Shown here in pieces: positions 9,847-17,432 of a DNA stretch of 64,000 bases; the stretch's first letter is position 1, and each line of letters begins with the position of its first letter. The stretch is from Actinomycetota bacterium (GTDB taxonomy: Bacteria > Actinomycetota > Coriobacteriia > Anaerosomatales > D1FN1-002). Under the pieces are notes generated by a model. It was given only the letters and a program-made list of their open reading frames with translations. It did no database searches and was not told the origin of the DNA. The stretch lies in the NCBI GenBank assembly GCA_037445995.1, contig JBBIJK010000006.1, forward strand, positions 3,629-67,628. The letters are read 5' to 3'. The position numbers and the translations under genes are program-made.

Positions 9847-10551
9847 GTGGCATCCAGAAGGTGGATGATCTGGGCGGCAATCGCCGTGGCCGTGGCGGGG
9901 GTGGGCTATCTCGTGTCCCGGCCCGCAGGCCCGCAAGGCGGTGTCGTCTCGGGCGATGAGCTCGCGAGCCTGTTCGCCGGTGGTGCGCGAGTCATCGACG
10001 TGAGGACCCCCATCGAGTACGAGGGTGGCCACATCCCCGGGGCCGAGAACGTCCCGGTCGACCAGCTTCCCGGGGCGGCGGGGGTCTGGGACCGCGAGGT
10101 GCCGATCGCCGTGTACTGCCTGTCGGGTGAACGCTCCGCCAACGCGGCGGGCTACCTCACGGCGCAGGGGTTCACGAGGGTCTACGACCTGGGCGGTGGC
10201 ATCGGTTCGTGGAAGGGCGATCTTGTGACCGGCGCCCAGGCGGGCGATCGCCCCGGAGCCATCGCCACCTCCGGCAGGCCCCGGATGATCGAGTTCAGCT
10301 CAGACACTTGACCCGCCTGCGTCGAGATGAAGCCTGTGGTCGACAGGCTGAAGCAGGAGTATGAGGGCAAGGTCGATTTCACCATCCACCTGGACGGCGC
10401 CGACGAGGAGGGCGAGAGGATCGCCGCGATGATCGGGGTCAGGTACGTCCCGACGTTCGTGTTCGTGAACTCTGACGGCTCCATCAAGGGGACGGACATA
10501 GGGGCGATCGGCGAGGCCAAGATGCGGCAGCGGCTCGATTCGTTGAAGTAG
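9847..10551 (+). CDS. membrane-anchored rhodanese / thioredoxin-like fusion protein; candidate selenoprotein (TGA 10309-10311 read as Sec)
   Basis: GTG start 5 nt after GGAGGG, then an N-terminal TM helix. The rhodanese domain has the active-site loop VYCLSGERS. ORFs 9847-10311 and 10327-10551 are in the same frame, separated only by a TGA. Read-through gives ...MIEFSSDT-U-PAC-VEMKPVVDRLKQEY...RYVPTFVFV..., a complete thioredoxin fold with UxxC. Confidence 0.6.
10316..10357 (+). promoter_or_regulatory. candidate bacterial SECIS hairpin
   Basis: Lower stem CCTGC (10316-10320) pairs with GCAGG (10353-10357). Upper stem AGCCTG (10331-10336) pairs with CAGGCT (10344-10349). The apical loop is UGGUCGA, and the loop lies 26-32 nt 3' of the UGA. 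Confidence 0.4.
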
Positions 10552-11019
10552 GTCGAGGTGATGTGCGCCCCGCGTGCGGGTATCCACCACATGAGGGTCG
10601 CGACCGCGGACCGCGGCGGCGGGCCCGATGTGCAACCGTCCGGCGGTCACCGGAGGTGGACCTATCAGGGTGGACTCGCAGATGAGCGAGATTTCGGCCG
10701 GGACGGCAGATGAAGGCTCCGGGTCGGCGTGAGGTTCAACGCGTCAGGTTGTTTGCGCAAAGCACTGCGTTACTGCTTCACGGGTGAATGATCGGCCCGC
10801 CACCGGAGACCGGGCATAAGCTCTTGGCAACAGCGGGTCCGCGCCCGAGAGGGCGGAAACTCACTCGGGCGGCGGACGGCTAGGATGGCCCTTTGGAGGG
10901 GCGCCTCGGGCGGTGCGAAGGCTGTCCCGGCCCATTCTCGTCTCGACATCGGTCCACCCGGGCGATGACCCACGGCGGTCTTGCCGGGCGAGGCGATGCT
11001 ATACTCGCCAGCGCGCGAC

Positions 11020-11095
11020 GGGGACGTAGCTCAGCTGGGAGAGCGCGGGCTTTGCAAGCCTGAGGTCGTCGGTTCGATCCCGATCGTCTCCACCA
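11020..11095 (+). tRNA. tRNA-Ala (anticodon UGC), CCA encoded
   Basis: 76-nt cloverleaf. The acceptor stem GGGGACG/CGTCTCC carries the G3:U70 alanine identity pair. The anticodon loop is TT-TGC-AA, the T-loop is GGTTCGATCC, and the 3' end is ACCA. Confidence 0.95.
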
Positions 11096-11099
11096 AGAC

Positions 11100-11145
11100 A
11101 ACGAGCAGGTGGCCGGCCCGTATCGGGTGCCGGCCACTTGTCGTT
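11100..11145 (+). terminator. GC-rich hairpin immediately 3' of tRNA-Ala
   Basis: GTGGCCGGC (11109-11117) pairs with GCCGGCCAC (11129-11137), with extended flanking pairing. No U-tract follows, so terminator function is uncertain. Confidence 0.35.
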
Positions 11146-11215
11146 CCGGGCGGCGATGATGGTGATCCGGTCCGCGGTGTCGTTCGAAGCCCTAGCTCGT
11201 GACGTTCCTAGGTAG

Positions 11216-11246
11216 CACATATCGCCCATGCAGTGGGCGATATGTG
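11216..11246. repeat. perfect 13-bp inverted repeat (CACATATCGCCCA / TGGGCGATATGTG), 5-nt spacer
   Basis: Read directly from the sequence. It is an AT-richer patch about 50 bp upstream of the DUF4143 ATPase start. Confidence 0.9.
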
Positions 11247-11295
11247 ATACCATGCGTGATCGAAATATCACCGGTGGTCCGAAGGGAGTGGAGCG

Positions 11296-12546
11296 GTGCT
11301 GCTGGAGCGCTGGGCCACCAAGGCTGTGCTGGATGCGCTGGAGTGGGCTCCGGTCGTGCTCGTCGAGGGGCCACGTCAAGCAGGCAAGTCCGTGCTCGTC
11401 CGAGACCTGGTGGGACAGAAGCGGCCCGCGGACTACGTGACGCTCGACGACGCGGTGGTCCTGGCCGGCGCGCGGGAGGATCCGCAGGGGTTCGTGACCT
11501 TGCTGCCGGACCCCGTGATCGTCGATGAGGTGCAACGGGCGCCGGGGATCTTTCTGCCCATCAAGCTCGTGGTGGACGCGGACCGCCGCCCGGGGCGATT
11601 CATGCTCACGGGCTCGGCGAACGTGCTCCTCATGCCGAAGGTGTCGGACTCGCTCGCGGGGCGTATGCGGATCGTGACGCTTTGGCCGCTGTCGCAGGGC
11701 GAGATCGACGGCGAGCCGCCGGGGTTCGTCGAGGCGCTGTTCGATGCCGCTCCGCTGCCGCGGGTCGAGGGGACGCTGGACCGCATCGCGCTGGCCCGGC
11801 GGATCACGAGGGGCGGATTCCCGGAGGCGGTCTCGCTCCCCGAAGGAGCCCCTCGTGACGGCTGGATGCGCGACTACGCGACCACGCTCCTGGAACGGGA
11901 CGTGCGCGACCTGGCCGCCATCGGCGACCGGGTGGTGATGCCCAGGCTGCTGCGCATCCTCGCGGCGCGCAGCGGGACCCTCCTCAACGTGTCGGACCTC
12001 AGCCGGGCCACCGGGATCGCCCGGGCCACGCTGGACCGCTACCTCGCCGTGCTGAACCGGACGTTCGTCGTGCGGCTGATCCCGGCGTGGTCGGGCGACG
12101 TGGCGCGTCGCCTGATCAAGGCGCCCAAGGTGCTCGTCGCGGACTCCGGGCTGGCGGCCCACCTCGTCGGACTGGACGCCGAACGGCTCCTCTCTGACCC
12201 GGATCGGCTGGGCCCGTTGCTCGACACGTTCGTGGGCACCGAACTCCTGAAGCAGCTCGCCACCATCGGCTCCCGAGTCGAGTTGATGCACTTCAGGGAC
12301 AGCCGCGGGAACGAGGTGGACTGGGTGCTGGAGGACGCGACCGGACGCATCGTCGGCGTCGAGGTGAAGTCGACCGCGACACCGTCGCAGCGCGACTTCA
12401 AGGGACTGCGCGCGCTTGCCGCGAGCGTGGGCGAGCGCTTCTGCCGCGGTGTGCTGTTGCACGGCGGTACCGCCTCCGTGCCGATGGGCGAGGGCATGTG
12501 GGCGTTGCCGATCGAGGCGCTTTGGCGCACGAAAGTGGGGGCATGA
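11296..12546 (+). CDS. AAA-type ATPase with C-terminal DUF4143-like domain
   Basis: 416 aa with a GTG start after GAAGGGAG. The Walker A is GPRQAGKS and the Walker B-like segment is VIVDEVQ. Overall resemblance is to the widespread ATPase/DUF4143 family. Confidence 0.8.
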   Translation: MLLERWATKAVLDALEWAPVVLVEGPRQAGKSVLVRDLVGQKRPADYVTLDDAVVLAGAREDPQGFVTLLPDPVIVDEVQRAPGIFLPIKLVVDADRRPGRFMLTGSANVLLMPKVSDSLAGRMRIVTLWPLSQGEIDGEPPGFVEALFDAAPLPRVEGTLDRIALARRITRGGFPEAVSLPEGAPRDGWMRDYATTLLERDVRDLAAIGDRVVMPRLLRILAARSGTLLNVSDLSRATGIARATLDRYLAVLNRTFVVRLIPAWSGDVARRLIKAPKVLVADSGLAAHLVGLDAERLLSDPDRLGPLLDTFVGTELLKQLATIGSRVELMHFRDSRGNEVDWVLEDATGRIVGVEVKSTATPSQRDFKGLRALAASVGERFCRGVLLHGGTASVPMGEGMWALPIEALWRTKVGA

Positions 12547-12611
12547 CTGCGGCTGCGTCGGCAGACAAGTCACGTGTGCGGCTACACGGCGCGGTCAAGA
12601 CCCCGACTCTG

Positions 12612-13130
12612 TCAGCTGCCGTCCGAGTCGGGCGGGCCTGCTCCGTCACCGGCCGCTATGGCGCGCCGCAGTTCTCGCGGGTGGCTCCTGCCGAACGCCA
12701 TCAGGTCCTCGACGTGCTCCTCGAATTGAGACGTCAGCCACTGCTGGTGGTGATCGCCGCCCACGGCTCTGGCCAGGAGCAACCGGACGATGACGTTGAC
12801 CTCCGAGCTTTCGAACAGATGGGCCAGCTCGTAGGCGTCGTCGAGATTCGCGACGCTGTCTGGGCACTCGGCGTCCAGCATCCTGTCCGTGTCCCTTACA
12901 GTCTGCTCCAGTGCGGGATCAACCGGTTCGGCGAGGGTCTCCTCGCAGATATCGGCGCCCGCCTGCGCGAGCAGCGTGAGGTGGGCGTCCTCCTCGTCCG
13001 CCATGTCGTTCCAGAATGTCGCGATCGCGGGGTGGGCCGAGAACAGCGAGGACATCTCGCGGTAGCACGAGGCGGCGCGGGACTCCCACCCCGACGCGAT
13101 CTCCAGCAACTGTCCGAGCGTCAAAGCCAT
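12612..13130 (-). CDS. ferritin-like / rubrerythrin-like four-helix protein
   Basis: Start chosen at MALTLGQLLEIAS. It has an EEDAH (ExxH) motif and a helical repeat pattern. The upstream 32 codons of the ORF are Arg-rich and were judged non-coding. Confidence 0.5.
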   Translation of the reverse strand: MALTLGQLLEIASGWESRAASCYREMSSLFSAHPAIATFWNDMADEEDAHLTLLAQAGADICEETLAEPVDPALEQTVRDTDRMLDAECPDSVANLDDAYELAHLFESSEVNVIVRLLLARAVGGDHHQQWLTSQFEEHVEDLMAFGRSHPRELRRAIAAGDGAGPPDSDGS

Positions 13131-13197
13131 GCGCCGAGTCTGCCTGACCGGGCGAGGTCCCGTCCAGCCCGGGCAGCGGGCGGTATCATCGGCTCGC

Positions 13198-13872
13198 ATG
13201 CGCAGCCCAGACCGACACGCCGTCATCCTGGCCTCCGCCTCCCCCCGCAGGCGCAGGCTGCTTCGCTGGCTCGGGATCCCTTACGAGTCCGCCGCCTTCG
13301 ACACCCCCGAGGACCTCTCCTCCCCCTTGGCGTCTGACCCGCCGGCGCTCGCTCGCGAGCTGGCGTTGGAGAAGGCGGCCGCCTGCAGGGAGGCGAGGGG
13401 GGACGCCGAGGTCGTACTGGCATTCGACACCCTTGTCGTCCTCGACGGGAGGGTTCTGGGCAAGCCCGAGGATGCCGTCGACGCGCGGCGGATGCTGCGC
13501 GAGCTCTCAGGCAGAGCGCACGAGGTGGTCACGGGGTTCGTGATCGGCTGCCCCGGGAGTGACGCGCGCGCGTGGGCGGTGAGGACGGGCGTCCAGATGA
13601 GGGATCTGTCCGATGCCGACATTACGCAGTGGATGGCCAGCGGCGAGTACATGGGTTGCGCGGGCGCCTACAACATCGAAGGCCAGGTCGCGGAGGTGGC
13701 CCTCGACGAGTGCTTCCAGAACGTGGCAGGCATACCGCTGTGTCACCTGTTCGCCGAGCTGCGCGAGCTGGACCAGGGGTGCTTGCCGGGGAGCCTTCTC
13801 TCGCCGGTCGGCGTTTGCGACGAGGCCCTGTCTCGCCGGTGCTCGCTCGGTCCGCTCGTCACCGCGACCTGA
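13198..13872 (+). CDS. maf: Maf-like nucleoside triphosphate pyrophosphatase
   Basis: Contains the Maf signature AVILASASPRRRRLL. GAYNIEG lies near the C-terminus, followed by a Cys-containing C-terminal extension. The start at 13198 is preferred to the ORF-track start at 13129. Confidence 0.85.
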   Translation: MRSPDRHAVILASASPRRRRLLRWLGIPYESAAFDTPEDLSSPLASDPPALARELALEKAAACREARGDAEVVLAFDTLVVLDGRVLGKPEDAVDARRMLRELSGRAHEVVTGFVIGCPGSDARAWAVRTGVQMRDLSDADITQWMASGEYMGCAGAYNIEGQVAEVALDECFQNVAGIPLCHLFAELRELDQGCLPGSLLSPVGVCDEALSRRCSLGPLVTAT

Positions 13873-14659
13873 CGGCCGTCAGCAGCACGCTCTCGTCGCG
13901 CTCGAGGTCGAGCGCCCGCATGGTGTGGTCGCCGTACGCTCGGATCTCGAGGAAGCCCGCGCGGCGGAGGGCGGCGTCAAGCGCCGCCAGCGGCAGGGTG
14001 GTGTGCGCGGAGCGCCGGCTCGACACGCTCCAAGACCCTTCTGCGTCGCGCTCCAACGTGACGAAGTCGAAATCCAGCGTCTCGCCGCCCGCGGGGTGGT
14101 CGATCACGCGGAGGAAGACGCGCAAGCCCCCGTCGGAGGTGTCGCGGACGACGGGGGGGATCGTGCGGATCTCGCCCTCCATCAGGCGCGCGTGGTTCAG
14201 CAGGTGCAGCACCAGCAGGCCGCCCGGACGCAGGACCGAGGCGAAGTCGGCCAGAGCGCGCTCAAGGCCGGCCTCCCCCTCGACGTGGGGCAGCGCGTTG
14301 CCGGTGCAGGTGACGGCGTCCACCGGGCCGAGGCCCGCCGCGGCCAGCTCGCCGAACCCGCCCTTGACCAGCCGCAGGCGGCCGCCGGCCGACAGGATGC
14401 GGTCCTCGGCCGCCGCGAGGTTCTGCCCGGCCTGCTCCAGCATCCCCTCGTCGGGGTCCACCGCGGCGACGTCTAGGCCCCAGCCCGCGAACACGATGGC
14501 GTGCCGTGCGCTGCCCGATCCCACGTCGATTACCGAGCGCACGCTTCGTTCCGCGAACGCCTCGGAGTAGAAGGGCGTCTCTCTGGCCAGCCGGCGTCCC
14601 CAGTCGACGAACGAGTCGTAGTCGGTGGCGTCCTGGCCGTTCCTGTCGTCGCTCGCCAT
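13859..14659 (-). CDS. class I SAM-dependent methyltransferase
   Basis: 266 aa with the SAM motif I VIDVGSGSARHA and a post-I acidic residue (AAVDPD). Its ATG overlaps the upstream gene stop (ATGA). Confidence 0.8.
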   Translation of the reverse strand: MASDDRNGQDATDYDSFVDWGRRLARETPFYSEAFAERSVRSVIDVGSGSARHAIVFAGWGLDVAAVDPDEGMLEQAGQNLAAAEDRILSAGGRLRLVKGGFGELAAAGLGPVDAVTCTGNALPHVEGEAGLERALADFASVLRPGGLLVLHLLNHARLMEGEIRTIPPVVRDTSDGGLRVFLRVIDHPAGGETLDFDFVTLERDAEGSWSVSSRRSAHTTLPLAALDAALRRAGFLEIRAYGDHTMRALDLERDESVLLTAVRSR

Positions 14660-15579
14660 CAGGTCTCCCTGTCCAGGCCGAAGACCCTCACGGCGTTGCC
14701 GCGCAGGATCAAGTCCATGTCGCGCGAGGACAGCCCCATCTCCTCGAGCGTCCGCTGCTGCATCCACCGTATCCATGTCCGGTACGGGGCTATCGTGTTG
14801 CTGTCGGTGCCGAACATGACGCGCTCGGGACCGAGCGCGGTCAGGCACCTCTCGAACACCTCGGCCAGCGTCATCTTCGGGACATGGTTGTCCAGCCAGT
14901 TGTTCGTCCCCGAGCTGTCGACGCATACGTTGGCACACTGGTAGCCGAGCCGTAACACGGCGTCCAGGTAGCCCGCGCCGAAGTGCGCCACGACGAAGGT
15001 CAACCCGGGGTGGTCCCGGGCCACCGGCGACAGGTCGACAGGGTCGGCGTAGCGCAGGTCCCCGCGCGGGTCCACCGTCACGCCGTAGTGGACGATGACG
15101 TGGGCCCCGAGCTCCTCCGCCTTGGCGAAGAACGGTCGGCAGGCGTCGTCGGACAGCCTGTAGCAGCGGTTCACCGGCAGCAGCTTCACGCCGCGAAAAC
15201 CGGCCTCCATCTCGCGCTCGAGCAGCCCCGGGGATCTGGGGTCTCTCGGGTCGAGGTTGCACAGTGCGCCGATGTGCCCGTTCGCGGCCGTCACGAAGTC
15301 CCTTGTGTACTGCGAGTCGGGCACGACCGAGACCACCAGCGCCTTGGCGACCCCCGCTTCGCGGATGCGTGCGACGTACCAGGCGGCGGCCTCCTCGGCA
15401 GAGAGGTCCGGCAGCTCCTGGCCGCGGCGTCCGAAACGCTTCTCCTCCAGGGCCTGGCGGAACCCGGGTGGTGCGTCCGGGTCGCCCTCCACGTACTCCC
15501 GGAGCAGCGGCAGCGTGAACAGGTGGACGTGAGCGTCGACGATGTCGCCCGGTCCGGTCGGTGCGGCTGGCTCCAGCAT
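14659..15579 (-). CDS. amidohydrolase-2 family metal-dependent hydrolase (TIM barrel)
   Basis: Start at MLEPAAP... The N-terminal motif is DAHVHLF, followed later by HFGAGY and other His/Asp ligand positions. The stop overlaps the downstream methyltransferase start. Confidence 0.75.
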   Translation of the reverse strand: MLEPAAPTGPGDIVDAHVHLFTLPLLREYVEGDPDAPPGFRQALEEKRFGRRGQELPDLSAEEAAAWYVARIREAGVAKALVVSVVPDSQYTRDFVTAANGHIGALCNLDPRDPRSPGLLEREMEAGFRGVKLLPVNRCYRLSDDACRPFFAKAEELGAHVIVHYGVTVDPRGDLRYADPVDLSPVARDHPGLTFVVAHFGAGYLDAVLRLGYQCANVCVDSSGTNNWLDNHVPKMTLAEVFERCLTALGPERVMFGTDSNTIAPYRTWIRWMQQRTLEEMGLSSRDMDLILRGNAVRVFGLDRET

Positions 15580-15590
15580 CGAGAGACGGC

Positions 15591-16079
15591 CTATTCGGGG
15601 GGCGCGGGAGGAGGCGGCGGTGGCGGCGGGCCGACCGAGGCAGAGTGCCCTGACGCGGGCGGGGCTTCCGGCCCCTCGGGGATGATGATGCTGGCGGCGA
15701 CGTACGCCACGAGCCCGGGCCACAGGCCGAACAGGAGCGTGAACGCCACGAAGGCCAGCCTCAGGAACGTCGGGTCGACCGAGAGGTAGAGCGCGAGCCC
15801 TCCGAACACTCCCGAAACCAGCCGCTCGCGGCGCGACCGCAGCAGCCTCGCGCCCGGTGCCGGCGCCCGGAAGCCCGGCCGCTTGGTGTAGACGATCAGG
15901 GCCACTCCCGCTATGACCAGCGCCAGCCCCCAGCCCATGCCGCGGGTCGCGTCGATCACCGCTCGCACGGGTGCGAGGAGGTCACCCAGGAGCCTCTCGA
16001 GGATGAACCACACGCCTACCGCGATGACGCCAGCCCCGACAAGGGTGAGGGCTTGGTCATGCTTGCTCTCCGCGGACAT
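15591..16079 (-). CDS. PspC domain-containing membrane protein (short)
   Basis: The PspC signature LLRSRRERLVSGVFGGLALYLSVDPTFLRLAF is present. The C-terminal tail has 8 consecutive prolines. Confidence 0.75.
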   Translation of the reverse strand: MSAESKHDQALTLVGAGVIAVGVWFILERLLGDLLAPVRAVIDATRGMGWGLALVIAGVALIVYTKRPGFRAPAPGARLLRSRRERLVSGVFGGLALYLSVDPTFLRLAFVAFTLLFGLWPGLVAYVAASIIIPEGPEAPPASGHSASVGPPPPPPPPAPPE

Positions 16080-16088
16080 CTTTCCTCC

Positions 16089-17432
16089 TTAGCGCAGCGA
16101 CACGCTGACGGCGCCGAACGCGGCCTTGATGCGGATCGACCACACGCCCTCGCCGTCCCGGCGTGCCGACTCGTACCCCGCCGTCTGCCAGCCGCCGTCC
16201 GCTTCGCGCAGGCGCGGGTCCATCGTGGCGGGAGCGAGCCCCGAGTCCGAGACCACCCGGACTTGAGCATCCGCGGGCAGAACGATCACGATGTTGGCGA
16301 ACCCGGCCTTGATCTCAGCCGAGGCCTCGTCGTAGCCCAGCGGGACGTCCCCCAGCCGGAGCGTGGCGTCCGACAGCCCCGCGTTCACAGTCACGTCAGC
16401 CACGTCGAGCTCGCTCAGGTCGGCGTCGAGGCTGGACACCCCGCTGTCGACGCGGACCTTGCGCCACAGGACCCGGTCGGAGAGCCGTACTTCGGTCATC
16501 CCGGCCGGCGCGTCGGGCCATACCCAGGTGCGGGATGATCCCGTGGCGCTGAGCCTCACCTCCGCTTCTTCGCCGCTGCGGGCGACGGAGAACTCCGGAG
16601 CGCCGTACGGCGCCACGCCCTCCGCCCAGACCAGCGGACCGCCGTCGGATATCGAGACGTCACCCGCCGCGGCGTCCAGGTCAAGGACCGCCTGCTCGAC
16701 GTCCCCTACGGCTTCCGTGAACGAGAAGTCCCCTCCCCGGGCGTCGCCGGCGAGCAAGGAACGGATCTCCTCGCCCGACCACGAGCTCCACGTCGCGAAG
16801 GCGAGGGCGCCGATCACCATCACGGACGCCGCTGCGCCCAGCCAGTCGGAACGCACGCTCTTCCCGATGATCGCCAGGCCGAGCGCGACCACAAGGAGCG
16901 GCCACAGGTAGATGAACCTCCACCAGACGTCCCATCCGACGAAGCCGGTGGTGCACCCGAGAAGGACCGCGCCGAACGCCACGGTCGACAGGCCGTCGGC
17001 CACGCGTGCGACCCCCCAGCCGTCCTTGCCGGGCGTGAAGACATGGACCGCTCCGATAAGGACTATCGCGAGCGGCCACAGCGTCCAGACAGGGGGGAGG
17101 CTGCCGAGCATCCGTCCGGCGATGATGGCGACCCCGAGCAGGATCAGGAAGACCCCGAAGGTGACCCCCGCCCCGCCATGCGTCCTTTTCGGCGCGTCGG
17201 CCCGCACTGTGCCGGGTGACGGCCTCGCATCCGTCGTTCCCGCGCCCGGAGCCTCCGGCACAACCAGGGCCATGACCAAGTAGGCGATCAATGTGACTCC
17301 GTTGCCCACGACCAGCGCCACGACGGCGAGGATTCGAACGAACGTCGGGTCAAGCCCGAAGCGACTGGCCAGCCCTCCGCACACCCCCGCGATCATGCGG
17401 TCCTCTCGGCTTCGGTACAGTCTCTCTTCCAT
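16089..17432 (-). CDS. PspC domain-containing membrane protein with C-terminal beta-rich (LiaF/toast-rack-like) domain
   Basis: The N-terminus LYRSREDRMIAGVCGGLASRFGLDPTFVRIL is a PspC domain. Several TM helices follow. The C-terminal 200 aa show a repetitive beta pattern. Confidence 0.7.
   Translation of the reverse strand: MEERLYRSREDRMIAGVCGGLASRFGLDPTFVRILAVVALVVGNGVTLIAYLVMALVVPEAPGAGTTDARPSPGTVRADAPKRTHGGAGVTFGVFLILLGVAIIAGRMLGSLPPVWTLWPLAIVLIGAVHVFTPGKDGWGVARVADGLSTVAFGAVLLGCTTGFVGWDVWWRFIYLWPLLVVALGLAIIGKSVRSDWLGAAASVMVIGALAFATWSSWSGEEIRSLLAGDARGGDFSFTEAVGDVEQAVLDLDAAAGDVSISDGGPLVWAEGVAPYGAPEFSVARSGEEAEVRLSATGSSRTWVWPDAPAGMTEVRLSDRVLWRKVRVDSGVSSLDADLSELDVADVTVNAGLSDATLRLGDVPLGYDEASAEIKAGFANIVIVLPADAQVRVVSDSGLAPATMDPRLREADGGWQTAGYESARRDGEGVWSIRIKAAFGAVSVSLR

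Noticed and set aside
10309-10311. Treating the TGA as a genuine stop (two separate genes) or as a pseudogene lesion
   Set aside because: This is not fully excluded. It is less parsimonious because the stop falls exactly on the redox Cys position of an otherwise intact thioredoxin fold, a SECIS-compatible hairpin follows, and the downstream ORF alone lacks the active site.
10552-11019. tRNA-Sec (selC) or another known ncRNA in the gap next to the Sec candidate
   Set aside because: No CTTCAAA/TTTGAAG anticodon-loop context and no 8-bp acceptor/long variable arm pattern were found on either strand. No RNase P, SRP or tmRNA core motifs were seen by eye.
10999-12573. 524-aa minus-strand ORF spanning tRNA-Ala and the ATPase gene
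   Set aside because: It runs through a tRNA gene and is antisense to a CDS with Walker motifs. Its composition is Arg/Pro/His-rich and it has no motifs.
11096-13130. Genomic island integrated at tRNA-Ala
   Set aside because: No integrase or transposase is present, no direct repeat of the tRNA 3' end was found, and no compositional shift was seen. Only the ATPase gene and a palindrome are present.
13129-13197. ORF-track start of the maf gene at 13129
   Set aside because: The extension overlaps the divergent ferritin-like gene start and is Arg/Gly-rich. The conserved Maf N-terminus begins right after the Met at 13198.
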